Source: Hydrolagus affinis
Taxonomy: Eukaryota
Reading direction: 5' to 3'
NCBI GenBank assembly: GCA_012026655.1
Contig: JAAILG010001386.1
Location: 1-64,000, forward strand
DNA: 64,000 bases
Shown here: positions 63,063 through 64,000 of the stretch, piece after piece
How the letters are laid out: the number at the start of each line of letters is the position of its first letter
Position numbering within the stretch: position 1 is the stretch's first letter
Translations under genes and position numbers: made by a program
The notes under the pieces: model-generated
Seen by the model: the letters and a program-made list of their open reading frames with translations, nothing else
What the model was told of the DNA's origin: nothing
Database searches by the model: none

Positions 63063-63379
63063 AATAATAATAATACTCCTTGCATTTCACATATCACTTT
63101 TCACATCTTCTAGACATCTCAAAGCACTTCACAGAATATACTGTAAAGTGAATTGGCTGTATATTTTGTGGGTGAAATGCAGCAGCAAATTGTGCACAGC
63201 AGTGTCCCACAAACAGTCGTGGATTGAAATTGCCAATTTATTATTGGTTTTTTTTCTTGAGGGATTATTATCAAGTGTGTGGAGTAAGGAAACTTGCCCA
63301 AGGTTTTTCCCTGCCAGGAATCAAACCCAGGTCTCTCGCTTGCAAGGCAAGGTCTCTAACCACTGAGCAACAGGACTCC
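63063..63379 (-). mobile_element. tRNA-SINE, short subfamily, full length
   Basis: Complete head ...ggtctctcgcttgcaaggcaaggtctctaaccactgagcaacaggactcc and (TTA)n tail. Confidence 0.9.
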
Positions 63380-63781
63380 ATGAGATATCCAAGAGATGTA
63401 TCATATAAATAATGCATGGAATTTTAGAATGTTAAGCTACAAGCAACACAGACTATTACAGCGGCAGGAAAATAGTTTTCATAATTTAGACAGAGACAAA
63501 GTAATAATAATCCTTGCATTTTGATGTAGTGTTTTTACATCTTCTAGACGTCCCAAAGTGCTTCACAGAGACAGAGTATACTGTAAAGTTATTTGACTGT
63601 ATATTTTGTGGGCGAGTGAAAAGATTTGCCATCAGATAAATGTGTTCCCTCCCCTTTGGCTCTGAACCTCTCTTGCTTCATCATATCAGAAGACCACAAC
63701 ATCCCTTTGGCCCATCCAATCTAATTCCTCCAGAACATTCACCCTATTGCCCCTACTACAGTATTTATTTTGTACTAAATA

Positions 63782-63890
63782 TAGTAAAACCTTTGCTATC
63801 TGGCATCCTCGGGACCTGACTGGTGCCAATTAATCAAATATGCCAGATATTTGAATGGCAAGTTGCCGAAAATCCAACAAAAAAAATTAA
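63782..63890 (+). mobile_element. Tigger-like left terminus fragment
   Basis: TA-(c>t)agtaaaacctttgctatctggcatcctcgggacc..tggtgcc resembles Tigger ends; no right TIR seen in the window. Confidence 0.45.
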
Positions 63891-64000
63891 CTTATTTTAA
63901 AACATACCATATTAATAATAGACAACAGAATATTGTATGGCTACTTACCAATAAAGCATTCCAGCGTTTGGTAAGTTTAATAAGTGTGCATGTGCACGCA

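Overview
Repeat-rich, CpG-depleted, AT-rich vertebrate non-coding DNA (gene desert or large intron) with two 100-N assembly gaps. The repeat set suggests a cartilaginous fish, possibly a chimaera, but this is inference: tRNA-Ala-headed SINE with Deu-like 3' part, L2 with (TTG)n tails, CR1, and shark-type Penelope palindromes. No host protein-coding gene could be recognised, and most listed ORFs are chance or TE-derived. The main feature is a structurally complete, two-gene PIF/Harbinger DNA transposon (3276-6228). It has 26-bp TIRs, a CTG target duplication inside a SINE, an open 340-aa DDE transposase, a convergent spliced Myb/SANT-like gene and arrays of a palindromic subterminal motif. Also present: two SINE subfamilies, very short L2 3'-end insertions with templated 5' junction fillers, a ~280-bp-arm inverted duplication, several MITEs (EnSpm-like, Tigger-like, hAT-like), a Penelope-like palindrome with a decayed hammerhead-ribozyme core, a CTCF motif and several enhancer-like blocks. 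All family names come from motif recognition by eye, not from database searches.
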